From Candidatus Hodarchaeota archaeon (GTDB taxonomy: Archaea > Asgardarchaeota > Heimdallarchaeia > Hodarchaeales > Hodarchaeaceae), in NCBI GenBank assembly GCA_016840035.1, contig JAEOTC010000111.1, forward strand, positions 1 to 64,000: a stretch of 64,000 bases of DNA, given 5' to 3'. The notes under the pieces are model-generated. The model was not told the origin of the DNA. It was given only the letters and a program-made list of their open reading frames with translations, and did no database searches. Of the stretch, positions 10,772 through 20,806 are shown piece after piece. Numbering within the stretch: the stretch's first letter is position 1; every line of letters starts with the position of its first letter. A program made the translations under genes and the position numbers.

Positions 10772-11731
10772 TTAGAGTGAATAAGCTGTTAGTAAGATTG
10801 GTGAGTATAACAACCCAAATATTACTGCTCCTCCTCCACTCGTTATAATAATCGTTTTAAATAATAATAAAGCGCCTTCCTGATCCTTTCTAATCAGTAA
10901 ATTACTAATAGCGATAATTTCGATTACTCCAAGTATAAATGGCATCCAGTTGGTTATCAGAAGGCCAATATTCATTAAATGGAGGTTCAGAAATACTAAC
11001 AAGAATACACGCAGGAGAACAATTCCTGCAGTCAAGTAGATTGCCTTTTCTCTACCCAAAAACACTACTGTAGTAATATCTCCACTTTCCTGGTCGGTTT
11101 CAATGTCCATCAACATAGTGGGTAGATGAATTCCCATCACTAAAATTAAATTCAAAACTATTCCTAGTAAGATTAGATCTACTTCAACAAGTAAAGTTGA
11201 TCCCAGTAGCCCAATATAGACTGGTATGAATAAACCTATGATCAGAAAGGTTGTTAAAACATCCAAAAATGGTTTTGCTTTAAAACGAAATGGAGGAACG
11301 GAGTATAGGACGGATCCAGTAATTCCAATTAAAAATGTACCAAAACCCAATAGTAATTTTTCAGTAGAGGTAGCGGTTGGAACCAAAACTATGTTGAATG
11401 GAATTGATAACATCCAAATTATGGATATCCAAATTAAAATGTGTTGTTTCTTTAGAGAATTTGAATTTGCTAAAGGATTCCGGAGTGATAATCTACGAGG
11501 GTTGAGTGTATCACTTTGTCTATCAAAATACCCGTTCAAACTAAAATGTCCTAGACTAAACAGAAAAATCGATACTGAACCTGCTAAAAGGGATTTAAGT
11601 GGCAATTGATAGAGGAGAGCTACCATAAGCGCTACTTGAGAGAAAATAAAACCCCATTCTGGACGAGACAATATAAATAAATTCCAAATGGATTTTCTCA
11701 TTGCTAGGAGATCAAATATCTTAATCCTCAT
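10772..11731 (-). CDS. UbiA-family prenyltransferase
   Basis: NGYFDRQSD, YSVPPFRFK, DIETDQESGDIT; multiple TM helices. Confidence 0.85.
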   Translation of the reverse strand: MRIKIFDLLAMRKSIWNLFILSRPEWGFIFSQVALMVALLYQLPLKSLLAGSVSIFLFSLGHFSLNGYFDRQSDTLNPRRLSLRNPLANSNSLKKQHILIWISIIWMLSIPFNIVLVPTATSTEKLLLGFGTFLIGITGSVLYSVPPFRFKAKPFLDVLTTFLIIGLFIPVYIGLLGSTLLVEVDLILLGIVLNLILVMGIHLPTMLMDIETDQESGDITTVVFLGREKAIYLTAGIVLLRVFLLVFLNLHLMNIGLLITNWMPFILGVIEIIAISNLLIRKDQEGALLLFKTIIITSGGGAVIFGLLYSPILLTAYSL

Positions 11732-11809
11732 CGAATAGTCTGCAGAATAATTCCTCTTAAATTCAATATTGAAGTTTGTTGAGGAAATCTATTTGGCCAA
11801 ACATATATA

Positions 11810-11851
11810 TTTATAAAGTGTCATACATGTATGCCTGTCATACTGACATAC
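11810..11851 (+). promoter_or_regulatory. TATA box followed by a repeat/palindrome operator array
   Basis: TTTATAAA 11810-11817; TGTCATAC 11819-11826 and 11836-11843; TGACATAC 11844-11851; perfect palindrome CATACATGTATG 11822-11833. Confidence 0.6.
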
Positions 11852-11882
11852 CAGTAATAGCGATGACTTGAAAAGCTTATAG

Positions 11883-12431
11883 GTGAAAAAAATGTCTGAA
11901 TTTAATGATTGGTCTAGTAAGGATATTGACGACTTGAAAAGAATGAAAAATGTTACAATTCGTGGAATTGACTCAGAAATTTATGATGAATTTTCTTCAT
12001 CAATCAAATCTCTCAAAATGAATATCGGAGAAGCTATCACACAAATGATGCAAGATGTTATGGAAGATTTTGGTGATACTTTTCCTAGCTTATCTGCGAA
12101 GGAATCACTAGGAAAATTAAAGAGGGATCGAATATCTATTAAAGCTCTTGACACACTAAGAATTTCAAAAAAAGATTTAGAAGAAGCAGGAGCTCAAGTT
12201 AAGTTTTCTCATGTTGGTAAATTGATATTTGAACCTGATGTCGATCTTGCAACATTCAATAAGTATGTAAGAGGAATTAACCATTGTGATTATGTAAGAA
12301 TACCTGCTTTTCTCCCAAAACTCTTATTATTATCCAAAACTCAGTATTGTGGAAGAGTTGAGCCTTACACAGTTGAAGAGTCAAAGAATAAAACTACAGA
12401 AGTGACTCAAGACTTTTATGAAGAGGAATAA
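11883..12431 (+). CDS. Ribbon-helix-helix-like domain fused to an uncharacterised C-terminal domain
   Basis: KNVTIRGIDSEIYDEF...NIGEAITQMM fits the RHH strand-helix-helix pattern. Confidence 0.6.
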   Translation: MKKMSEFNDWSSKDIDDLKRMKNVTIRGIDSEIYDEFSSSIKSLKMNIGEAITQMMQDVMEDFGDTFPSLSAKESLGKLKRDRISIKALDTLRISKKDLEEAGAQVKFSHVGKLIFEPDVDLATFNKYVRGINHCDYVRIPAFLPKLLLLSKTQYCGRVEPYTVEESKNKTTEVTQDFYEEE

Positions 12432-12457
12432 GAATTTAAATTTGCTAGGTGATTTGA

Positions 12458-13183
12458 ATGACAGCTCAAATTCTAAACACCGAACAACTTAAATCCTCTC
12501 TCTCTCATCAAATTGAAAAACTGAGAGACGATATCGAGTTAAATAATATTCCACAAGAGGATATTATCGAATTATTCAAATTATTACTTCAAGAACGAGA
12601 ATTCCTCTTAACTGAAATTGATAACCTACGAACTATACAACAAACCTATGAATCCGCGTTAAAAAGTAAATCCTATCCCTCTGTGATAGTTTTGTCTGAA
12701 ATCGATGAAAATCTATATAATGATTTCCAAAATATGGCAAGAAAACTTTCTCAAGATGATGGTGAATTATTAAACAAATTGATGAAACTATTTGTATTCC
12801 ACTATCAAAATGAGAAGTTTCCCAAAATAACCTCCTCTGATTTGATTAGAGAAGTTACAGGTTCTGATCAATTAATTAAAATTAAAAATCATAATTCTTT
12901 AACGATTACTGATGAAGATCTACAGAGTTTGGATGTAAAAATTGATTTTTTAAAAATAGATAAACTCTATCTCGACATTACTCCAGCTAATTTCAGGAAA
13001 TATATCAATTCAATCAATAATTGTCAGGAAGTGCACATTCCTTTCAAAGTGTCCAAGCTCCTTGTATATGCTAGAACTAATCAATGTCAAGAAATCCATC
13101 TCTCCCCTTCTGATTCAGAAAATTGTTTGGAATATGCTAGGGAAGCAAATCAAGTTGTAGAAGCTTGGGACAATGAGAAATAG
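12458..13183 (+). CDS. Paralog of the upstream RHH-like protein with an extra N-terminal coiled coil
   Basis: VIVLSEIDENLYNDF...GELLNKLM; FRKYINSINNCQEVHIPFKVSKLLV aligns with FNKYVRGINHCDYVRIPAFLPKLLL. Confidence 0.6.
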   Translation: MTAQILNTEQLKSSLSHQIEKLRDDIELNNIPQEDIIELFKLLLQEREFLLTEIDNLRTIQQTYESALKSKSYPSVIVLSEIDENLYNDFQNMARKLSQDDGELLNKLMKLFVFHYQNEKFPKITSSDLIREVTGSDQLIKIKNHNSLTITDEDLQSLDVKIDFLKIDKLYLDITPANFRKYINSINNCQEVHIPFKVSKLLVYARTNQCQEIHLSPSDSENCLEYAREANQVVEAWDNEK

Positions 13184-13266
13184 AGCAATTCACCAAAATA
13201 GGGTAAAATTTTCCAACAAGTAAAACTATAAAAATAAAAATGTAAGAGAATTACATAATTATAATC

Positions 13267-13938
13267 TTGGTGAAAGCAATTATGAAATTCGGTCCAACCT
13301 CCTTTTCGGATGATACAGAACTTACACAGCCTATTACTTCCTTTGGTCCACTGGTTGCAAAGGGAAATCTATATGCCCCACAAATTTCTACTAATGGGCC
13401 TTGTTCAATTGGACAAAACTTAGAAATTGACGTTTCATTGAAAGTAAATGGGCCTTTGATTGTTAAAGGTTCATTCACTTGTCATAGAGGAGCATCAGCG
13501 AAGGTAAATGGCCCAGCAACAATTAACAACGGTATTATTGGGGGAACTATCCGAATAAATGGCCCTCTCAGCACACGATATGTTGAAGTTGAATCTTTCA
13601 AAGTGAATGGCCCTTTAACCGTAACTGAGGATCTTATCGCGGAAGAAAACGTCGTGATTGGAGTTGGAAGGTCGAGTAAAAGACGGGAGAAGCAATCAGT
13701 CCTAGTTGGGGGTGTCATTGAGGCTCCTACTATTCGAATCACAAACTACTCATCTATGTTTTCCGCTACAAAGATTATCAAAAAAGTAATTGGGATGAAA
13801 AACAAATTTGATAGAGTTCTCACTCTAGAAGATTTAACATTTAAGGCTGATACACTTGAATTAGAAGGTATTGAACTAGAAAATTGTAATACTTCTGAAG
13901 TTGGGGAAATAATCTATCTCAAAACTAATAGAGATTGA
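13267..13938 (+). CDS. Beta-helix repeat protein, bactofilin/polymer-forming cytoskeletal-like
   Basis: Seven (F/N)GP repeats spaced 16-20 aa, with alternating hydrophobic residues. Confidence 0.6.
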   Translation: MVKAIMKFGPTSFSDDTELTQPITSFGPLVAKGNLYAPQISTNGPCSIGQNLEIDVSLKVNGPLIVKGSFTCHRGASAKVNGPATINNGIIGGTIRINGPLSTRYVEVESFKVNGPLTVTEDLIAEENVVIGVGRSSKRREKQSVLVGGVIEAPTIRITNYSSMFSATKIIKKVIGMKNKFDRVLTLEDLTFKADTLELEGIELENCNTSEVGEIIYLKTNRD

Positions 13939-13955
13939 TGGATGTACTTTCAAAT

Positions 13956-13988
13956 AGGAATGAAATTCCTTTCCCCTAATTTTTTTTT
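13956..13988 (+). terminator. Putative terminator
   Basis: AGGAAT-GAA-ATTCCT hairpin followed by a T-run just after the 13938 stop. Confidence 0.35.
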
Positions 13989-14131
13989 ATTAACTTAGGA
14001 GTAGAACTACGTCTAAGTATTCAATTTTGATTACTTATTACACTTATTTACTCGAATAATGGATGATTTTTCTGTCACAGAATAGTGAGTAGAAATTTAT
14101 TGCTCTCATTAAACTACAAGAGAATTTCAAG

Positions 14132-15037
14132 ATGAACGTGAACCCTAAAAAAAAAGAATTAAATCAAATTTCAATTGTTCAAACATTCAAAGGCCTTGTT
14201 ATACTCGCACGTCCCGCCGATGGGGTTATTATTGGTGGAACTGTTATTCTAGGAATGATCATTGGCTTACACAAGCTCCCCAACGCACTACAGATGACCT
14301 TAGGTTTAATAGGGGGAATTTTACTTCTTGGTGGGATGGACACATTCAATGATTATCTGGATCTTGAAATGGATTCTATATCAAAGCCTTGGAGACCCCT
14401 ACCTCAAGGATTAGTTAGTCCTACAATTGCCTTATTAGCTGCATTAATTGAAACCCTTCTTGGTTTAACAATTGGAATTATACTTTTCAATTCTCAAGTT
14501 ATAATTGTTGGTTTGATTGCAATAATCTTGGCTGTTGTATACTCAAAGAAATTGAAACCATATTTTTTAGCAAAAAATCTTATTGTAGCATTTAGTCTAT
14601 CCTTAGCCTTTCTGGGAGGTGTTTTAGCTGTCAATACAAACCCCCAATTCAATTTGCACTTCGTTTTAATTCAATTATTAACATTTTTAGCTGCATTGAA
14701 TTTTGAGATTCATAAGGATCTTGGAGATATTAGTGGAGATTCAAGATATGATGTAAAGACTATACCTTCTATATTCGGCCGGAAAATTACAGAAAAAGTG
14801 GTGATAGTTGGATATAGTTTATGTTGGATCATTGCCTCACTTTTTGTTTTACTATACGATTTTGACCTAATTTACTTACTTATCTTAATATTTGCCTTTC
14901 TTTTCTTAATAACTGTCTTCTTTTTATTAATCAAAGATTCAGAGAAACATATGGAATTAACCAGACGCATGACCAATTTAACTATGGCGTTTATTCTGCT
15001 AGGTTTAGCTAGAATTTCCTTAATATCTTTAAACTAA
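14132..15037 (+). CDS. UbiA-family prenyltransferase, digeranylgeranylglyceryl phosphate synthase-like
   Basis: ARP, NDYLDLEMDSISKPWRPLPQG, YSKKLK, KNLIVA, EIHKDLGDISGD. Confidence 0.8.
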   Translation: MNVNPKKKELNQISIVQTFKGLVILARPADGVIIGGTVILGMIIGLHKLPNALQMTLGLIGGILLLGGMDTFNDYLDLEMDSISKPWRPLPQGLVSPTIALLAALIETLLGLTIGIILFNSQVIIVGLIAIILAVVYSKKLKPYFLAKNLIVAFSLSLAFLGGVLAVNTNPQFNLHFVLIQLLTFLAALNFEIHKDLGDISGDSRYDVKTIPSIFGRKITEKVVIVGYSLCWIIASLFVLLYDFDLIYLLILIFAFLFLITVFFLLIKDSEKHMELTRRMTNLTMAFILLGLARISLISLN

Positions 15038-15051
15038 AACTCAGTTCTTGT

Positions 15052-16467
15052 TCAGGTTAAGTTTCTATTTATTGCTCTTCCAGCAATAATTCCAGATATA
15101 CTTGCCTGAACTAATGACCGGGTAACACCTGCACCGTCCCCTATTGCATATAATCCTGAAATGGTCGTTTCTAGATCTTTGGAAACCTTGATTTTACTCG
15201 AATAATATTTAGTTTCCACTCCGTATAGCAATGTGTTCGAGGAATTGACCCCAGGTATAATGTTATCAAGAACCTCAATCATTTCCAAGATGCTACATAG
15301 GTGTCTATAGGGAAGAACAAAAGATAAATCCCCAGGAATCGCTTCCTTTAACGTAGGTTCGATAGCAGATCTTTGAATTCGGTCCGAATTTGAACGTCTT
15401 CCTCGTCTTAAGTCTGCAAGTCGCTGAATTATTACATTACCTTTTGTTAATAGGTTAGCTAACTTACTGATAGATCTACCATATGCGAGGGGATCATCAA
15501 AAGGTTCTGTAAAGCGACTACTAACCAACAGAGCAAAATTTGTATTTTTTGTCTCATTCTCTGCATTTGAATAAGAGTGACCATTAACAGTAATCCATCG
15601 TTCTCCTGTTTCTGGATCATGAACTATTTCTTGAGTTACAATCCCTTTAGGACAAACACAGAACGTCCTGCATTCTTGTTCAAACGTTGGAGAATAATAC
15701 TTCGCCTTAAATTCATATAGAAGATCAGTAAGTTGTGAACTAATTTCTGCTGGTAATTCAACTCGTACTCCAATATCTACAGGATTATTTTCTAACTCCA
15801 AGCCTATTCTTAAAGACTCATTTCGAGCCCAAGCGGCACCAGAACGCCCTGTTGCCATTACTACAAATTTAGACTTATACATTCCTTTATTTGTTCTAAC
15901 CCCAATAACTTGAGATCTGTCAATAAGAATCTCCTTAGCAATTTCGTCAAAATATACAGAAACTTTGGTTGTTGAAACTAAATATTCATACATTGCCAAT
16001 AAGACATTAAAACATTGATCTGTCCCTATGTGTAACAACCGATAAGGAATAAGTGTGATTCCATATATTAAGGCCGTTTTTCGAATTTCATCAACTTTCT
16101 TTCCCTCTCCAGTAACCAATCGCTCTTTAGAGGCCCCGAAATGAATATATGTTTCCTCTACTTCACTAATATAATCTTCGAGCTTATTGAGAATAACATA
16201 ATTAGATAAATATCCCCCAATGTCAGCAGTTAAGGTCAGCTTTCCATCAGAGAAAGCTCCAGCTCCACCCCATCCCTGCATAATATCGCTCTTGCTAAGA
16301 TTCCTTTTTTTTACTCTTTCTGATAATTCACTACCACTCTCAAGCATTAGGATTCTAATATTGGTTTTTTGTGATTTTACTAACTCCAGGGCTGCAAAGA
16401 TTCCTGCTGGACCTGTACCGACAATGATGATATCGAATTGTTCTAAATTTTCAACTTCAGGTTGCAT
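15052..16467 (-). CDS. FAD-dependent oxidoreductase (COG2509-like)
   Basis: GTGPAG, GWGGAGAFSDGKL, RTFCVCPKG, VNGHS, GDGAGVTR. Confidence 0.85.
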   Translation of the reverse strand: MQPEVENLEQFDIIIVGTGPAGIFAALELVKSQKTNIRILMLESGSELSERVKKRNLSKSDIMQGWGGAGAFSDGKLTLTADIGGYLSNYVILNKLEDYISEVEETYIHFGASKERLVTGEGKKVDEIRKTALIYGITLIPYRLLHIGTDQCFNVLLAMYEYLVSTTKVSVYFDEIAKEILIDRSQVIGVRTNKGMYKSKFVVMATGRSGAAWARNESLRIGLELENNPVDIGVRVELPAEISSQLTDLLYEFKAKYYSPTFEQECRTFCVCPKGIVTQEIVHDPETGERWITVNGHSYSNAENETKNTNFALLVSSRFTEPFDDPLAYGRSISKLANLLTKGNVIIQRLADLRRGRRSNSDRIQRSAIEPTLKEAIPGDLSFVLPYRHLCSILEMIEVLDNIIPGVNSSNTLLYGVETKYYSSKIKVSKDLETTISGLYAIGDGAGVTRSLVQASISGIIAGRAINRNLT

Positions 16468-16495
16468 AGAACAAGGTACCTACCTAAGAAACCAA

Positions 16496-17938
16496 TCATG
16501 TATCCTTGATCCCAGAAAGATATTTAGCAATTTTTTTTCGAGCATCAACGTCGTATTGTTTTAGAATTGCGATATCTTCCATAACTGGGGAGCCTCCACC
16601 GTGTACTCCTGCTACTGCAAATACACCACCAATTGAGGAGCATAATGCATCTGATATCGATCTATAGAGTTTATAAACATCTTCAGCAGGTACATCTGCC
16701 TTACGCTTAATGTATTTCTGAAGAAGAGGACCAATTTTTTCCTCATCAAAGAAATCTTTCTCAAAAGGAAGTGTTGCGGGTAATCCACCTGATAAATCGG
16801 CAAGTGTATCTAATTCATGATAATAATTTTTTCCTGCGTGTTTTCTTCCTACATTACAGAACATCGGATCAGGAATCATTGTACCACATTCATCTTTAGT
16901 AGCTTTGTAAGCGGCAGCGATTCCACTAGCATATACGAGCTCTGCAACACTAATTAAATCTGCAAGTTTTGACTGGACATGCTTCTTTTCTTCGATACCA
17001 TTATACTCGCTCACTAAAGCGGAATATCCTAAAATAATGTCTGTTGACGATGGTTTGCATCCTGTATAACTATGACGATGATACAAAGCGAAAAGAAGTG
17101 CGAGCCATCCTCCGAATTGATGTTCACCTTCATATCCACCCAAGAATACTCTTTCATTGGGTATAAAAGTATCATCAAAAACCACTGTTGTTTCTACATC
17201 ACCAAAATAACCAGCAGGATAAGGATCAAATTCAGATTGTCTTTTTGATTCTGCACGAGTGACAAGATACACCCCTTCCCAATCTGCAGGGATTGCAAAT
17301 GCCACTGCATATTCATCCTCTTCTGAGGTTAAAAACCGAGTTGGAGTGACAATGATCTCTTCCGCAACAGAGGCAGCAGTAATATGATGCTTGGCTCCAC
17401 GGACAACTATTCCATCTTCTTTATGTTCAACAACTCGCAAATACAAGTCAGGATCAGCTTGTTGATGTGGCCTTAGTGATCGATCTCCCTTCGGATCGGT
17501 TTGTGCACAACAACCTACAGTATCATTATCTTGCCAGTCTTGTAACAACTTTAAAAAGCGTTGATTGTAAGGGCGTTCAGTCATCATTTCAGCTCTCGCA
17601 GTTATCACCGATAAAGCGTTTAGAGCATCTACTCCCATACACCGGAAAATACATCCTCCAGTAAAATGACAGATTTCTCGTGTTAAATCCTGTTTTTTCA
17701 ATAAGTCATCCACAGATTGATGGATGTGTGTGAATCTATTAATAGTCTTTTTAGTTAAATGTGACTTAACTAAAATTAGCTCTTTAAATTCTGGATCATC
17801 AACACAATCAAATGTCTTACAGAGTACATTTATGGCACCAGCAAGTCTTGAATCATCTCTTGCAACCTGTTCACCGTTTATATAGACATTTGGTTTCATT
17901 TGATACAATTGTTCTTTATATTGATCGGAAGTTTTCAT
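16496..17938 (-). CDS. abfD: 4-hydroxybutyryl-CoA dehydratase (AbfD)/HpaB family protein with [4Fe-4S] ligands retained
   Basis: CIFRCMGVD, QTDPKGDRS, RGAKHHIT, HRHSYTGCK, HGGGSP. Confidence 0.75.
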   Translation of the reverse strand: MKTSDQYKEQLYQMKPNVYINGEQVARDDSRLAGAINVLCKTFDCVDDPEFKELILVKSHLTKKTINRFTHIHQSVDDLLKKQDLTREICHFTGGCIFRCMGVDALNALSVITARAEMMTERPYNQRFLKLLQDWQDNDTVGCCAQTDPKGDRSLRPHQQADPDLYLRVVEHKEDGIVVRGAKHHITAASVAEEIIVTPTRFLTSEEDEYAVAFAIPADWEGVYLVTRAESKRQSEFDPYPAGYFGDVETTVVFDDTFIPNERVFLGGYEGEHQFGGWLALLFALYHRHSYTGCKPSSTDIILGYSALVSEYNGIEEKKHVQSKLADLISVAELVYASGIAAAYKATKDECGTMIPDPMFCNVGRKHAGKNYYHELDTLADLSGGLPATLPFEKDFFDEEKIGPLLQKYIKRKADVPAEDVYKLYRSISDALCSSIGGVFAVAGVHGGGSPVMEDIAILKQYDVDARKKIAKYLSGIKDT

Positions 17939-18053
17939 CTATTTCACGTACCAGTGTATTTTTACCCTTTACTAATTTCTGATAAACATCTTTTAAATCT
18001 TCAGAAGGTGATCTTCAGTAAAATATTGGAGAGAGAAATATACCAGAGTTGAA

Positions 18054-18410
18054 GTGAAAAATATATCTATAGTTACAATAATTTTAAACGATGCTCCTTA
18101 TGGATCAGAAAGATCCTATAACGGATTGAGATCTGCGATAGCATTACAAAAACAGGATGCACAGGTTAATGTTTTTCTTATGGCTGATTCTGTTTACTGC
18201 GCGCTGAAAGATCAAACCACCCCTGAAGGATATTATAACATTGGACGAATGATTCGCGGAGTTACCACAAGAGGAAAAATTGGATCATGTGGAGCCTGTA
18301 TGGATGCCCGGGGCCTTTCAAACCTAGAATTAATGAAAGGGGTTCATAGAAGCTCTATGGCAGAATTAGCAAATTGGATCTTGACCAGTGATAAAGTAAT
18401 AACGTTCTAA
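18054..18410 (+). CDS. DsrE/YchN-family protein
   Basis: APYGSERSYNGLR, VFLMADSV, CGACMDARGL, SDKVITF. Confidence 0.85.
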   Translation: MKNISIVTIILNDAPYGSERSYNGLRSAIALQKQDAQVNVFLMADSVYCALKDQTTPEGYYNIGRMIRGVTTRGKIGSCGACMDARGLSNLELMKGVHRSSMAELANWILTSDKVITF

Positions 18411-18433
18411 AACGTGTGAATAGTAGGTAATAA

Positions 18434-20806
18434 TTAAAAACTCATATGTTCCGTACGATGGATAATCTCATTTTGTAATTCCACACCTAAATTGACGAAC
18501 AAATCACTATATCCAGCAACCCTAACAATTAAGTTTCGATATTTTTCAGGATGTTTCTGAGCATCTCGTAAAGTCTCTACCGAGACTACATTGAATTGGA
18601 TATGATGACCATCCATTTTGAAATAGGAACGAACAAGATGAGCCACTTTCTGCAGTGATTTCTCATCATCCAAGAATTTTGGAGAGAATTTTTGATTTAA
18701 TAGTGTTCCACCAGTTCTCTCATGATCAATTTTAGCAACAGATTTAAGGACTGCAGTTGGCCCTCTGATATCAGCACCTTGAACTGGAGATACTCCTTCG
18801 GAAAGAGGTTCCTTAGCAAGCCGTCCATCCGGTAATGCACCGATCATCCTGCCAAAATAGACATGTACTGTTGTAGGAAGTAGATTTACCCGATGATGAC
18901 CACCCTTGGTATTAGGTCTCCCATCGATGGCATTCCAGTAAATTTCAAACACATCTTTCATCAAGTTATCTGCATAGTCATCGTCATTCCCATACTTAGG
19001 AGTTTTCGTTAGCAATCTCTCTCGTAATGAATTAAAATCTTTAAAGTTATCTTTTAAGGCAGTTAATAGCTCGACCATTGTCACATGATTGTTTTCATAA
19101 ATATTATATTTTATCGCCGCGAGAGAATCCGTAATAGATCCTAAACCTACTCCTTGAATATACGAACTGTTGTACCGCGCTCCTCCATCATTATAGTCTT
19201 TACCATTTTTGATACAATCCTTGGTAAGTAGTGACATAAATGGGGTGGGTAGGATTTGAGCCCACAGTCTTTCAATTATGTTATTCCCTTTGATTTTAAT
19301 ATTAATAAAATAATTCAACTGCTTAGTAAACGCATCAAACAACTCAATATAAGATTGAAATTCTATGGGATTACCTGTTTGTAATCCAAGTTGATTTCCA
19401 GTGTTAGGATCAATACCATTATTCAATGTTATTTCCAGAACTTTAGGTATATTAAAATATCCTGTTAGAATATACGCTTCTTTTCCAAAGACTCCTGCTT
19501 CTACACATCCCGATGCACCTCCAGAACGGGCATCGATAATTGATTTTCCTTGTCGGGTTAATTCCTGAATGATAGTGTCAGTATTGAACACAGACGGTTG
19601 ACCGTAACCGGTTTTAATGATATCTAATGCACGTTTGAGAAATCGATCGGGAGATTTCCTACTTATTTGAACCATCGAGCTAGGTTGTAATAATCGCATT
19701 TCTTCAATAACGTCAAGTAAAACGTAAGATAGTTCATTTACAGCATTTGACCCATCGCTTTTCACTCCTCCTATATTGATCAAACAGAAATCGGTATATG
19801 TATTACTTTCTTCCGCAGTTACTCCCACTTTGGGGGGAGCTGGCTGATTGTTAAACTTAATCCAGAAAGATTGTAATAATTCCCTTGCGGATTCTTCCGT
19901 TTGCGTCCCTTTCGCTAGATCCTGTTTATAGAGTGGATATAAGTTCTGATCTAATCGTCCTGGATTGTATGAATCCCATGTATTGAGTTCTGTGATAACT
20001 CCTAGATGAATGAACCAATAATGTTGCAAAGCTTCCCACATAGTTTGAGGAGCATTAGCTGGAACATTTTTACATATTTTTCCAATAGTTTCAAGTTCTT
20101 TTTTCCGCTCTGGATCAACTTCTGCTGCTGCTAACTCCAAAGCTTTTTCTGAATAGCGACCTGCGAATTGAATGAGAGCCTCTGCAGTAATATACATTGC
20201 TTTCAGTTCTTCTTTTTTGTCAAGAGCCTCTGGATCGTTGAAAAAATCAATGGATTGAATACTTTCTTCTATTTCTTTTTGAAAATCGTGCATTCCATGT
20301 GTCCAGAGATGTATTCCTCCTACTGTATGTCCAGGAGCTCTCTGTTCCATAAATTCAGTAAATATACCTGCGTTATACGATTCAATCCACTCACTATCTA
20401 CACTGGCAAAAATTTTATCTCTAATTGAGCGTCCTTTCCAAAAGGGAGTAATCGTGTTTGCTTGGATGTTCTTGACTTCTTCATCTACAGAGAAGCTAAT
20501 CTTCTCACGCGAATGTAGAATCTCGAAGTCTTGTTGTGAATGAGTACAAATCTCTGGATAAGTAGGTGTAGCTGTAGGTTCAGGTCCGCGTTCTCCAACT
20601 ATGAGCTCTCCCTTGTTAATACAGATTTTCTTATGTTCTAAAATATATTTAAAAGCCTGAGCACGTGCAACTGGTATCGAAACTTTATCAGCTGCACCAC
20701 TTTGGTAATATTCTGTTAGTAGCTTTGCTCTTTCAATCGATAATGAAGGTTGAGCATTAATGCTTTGGTCACGAAGTTGTTTTATGCGTTCATTCAAGTC
20801 ATCCAC
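18434..20806 (-). CDS. hypD: Glycyl radical enzyme, trans-4-hydroxy-L-proline dehydratase
   Basis: RVAGYS glycyl motif, SGCVE Cys loop; HypD-type EQRAPGHTV, ESNTYTDF, LPTTVH. Confidence 0.85.
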   Translation of the reverse strand: MDDLNERIKQLRDQSINAQPSLSIERAKLLTEYYQSGAADKVSIPVARAQAFKYILEHKKICINKGELIVGERGPEPTATPTYPEICTHSQQDFEILHSREKISFSVDEEVKNIQANTITPFWKGRSIRDKIFASVDSEWIESYNAGIFTEFMEQRAPGHTVGGIHLWTHGMHDFQKEIEESIQSIDFFNDPEALDKKEELKAMYITAEALIQFAGRYSEKALELAAAEVDPERKKELETIGKICKNVPANAPQTMWEALQHYWFIHLGVITELNTWDSYNPGRLDQNLYPLYKQDLAKGTQTEESARELLQSFWIKFNNQPAPPKVGVTAEESNTYTDFCLINIGGVKSDGSNAVNELSYVLLDVIEEMRLLQPSSMVQISRKSPDRFLKRALDIIKTGYGQPSVFNTDTIIQELTRQGKSIIDARSGGASGCVEAGVFGKEAYILTGYFNIPKVLEITLNNGIDPNTGNQLGLQTGNPIEFQSYIELFDAFTKQLNYFINIKIKGNNIIERLWAQILPTPFMSLLTKDCIKNGKDYNDGGARYNSSYIQGVGLGSITDSLAAIKYNIYENNHVTMVELLTALKDNFKDFNSLRERLLTKTPKYGNDDDYADNLMKDVFEIYWNAIDGRPNTKGGHHRVNLLPTTVHVYFGRMIGALPDGRLAKEPLSEGVSPVQGADIRGPTAVLKSVAKIDHERTGGTLLNQKFSPKFLDDEKSLQKVAHLVRSYFKMDGHHIQFNVVSVETLRDAQKHPEKYRNLIVRVAGYSDLFVNLGVELQNEIIHRTEHMSF

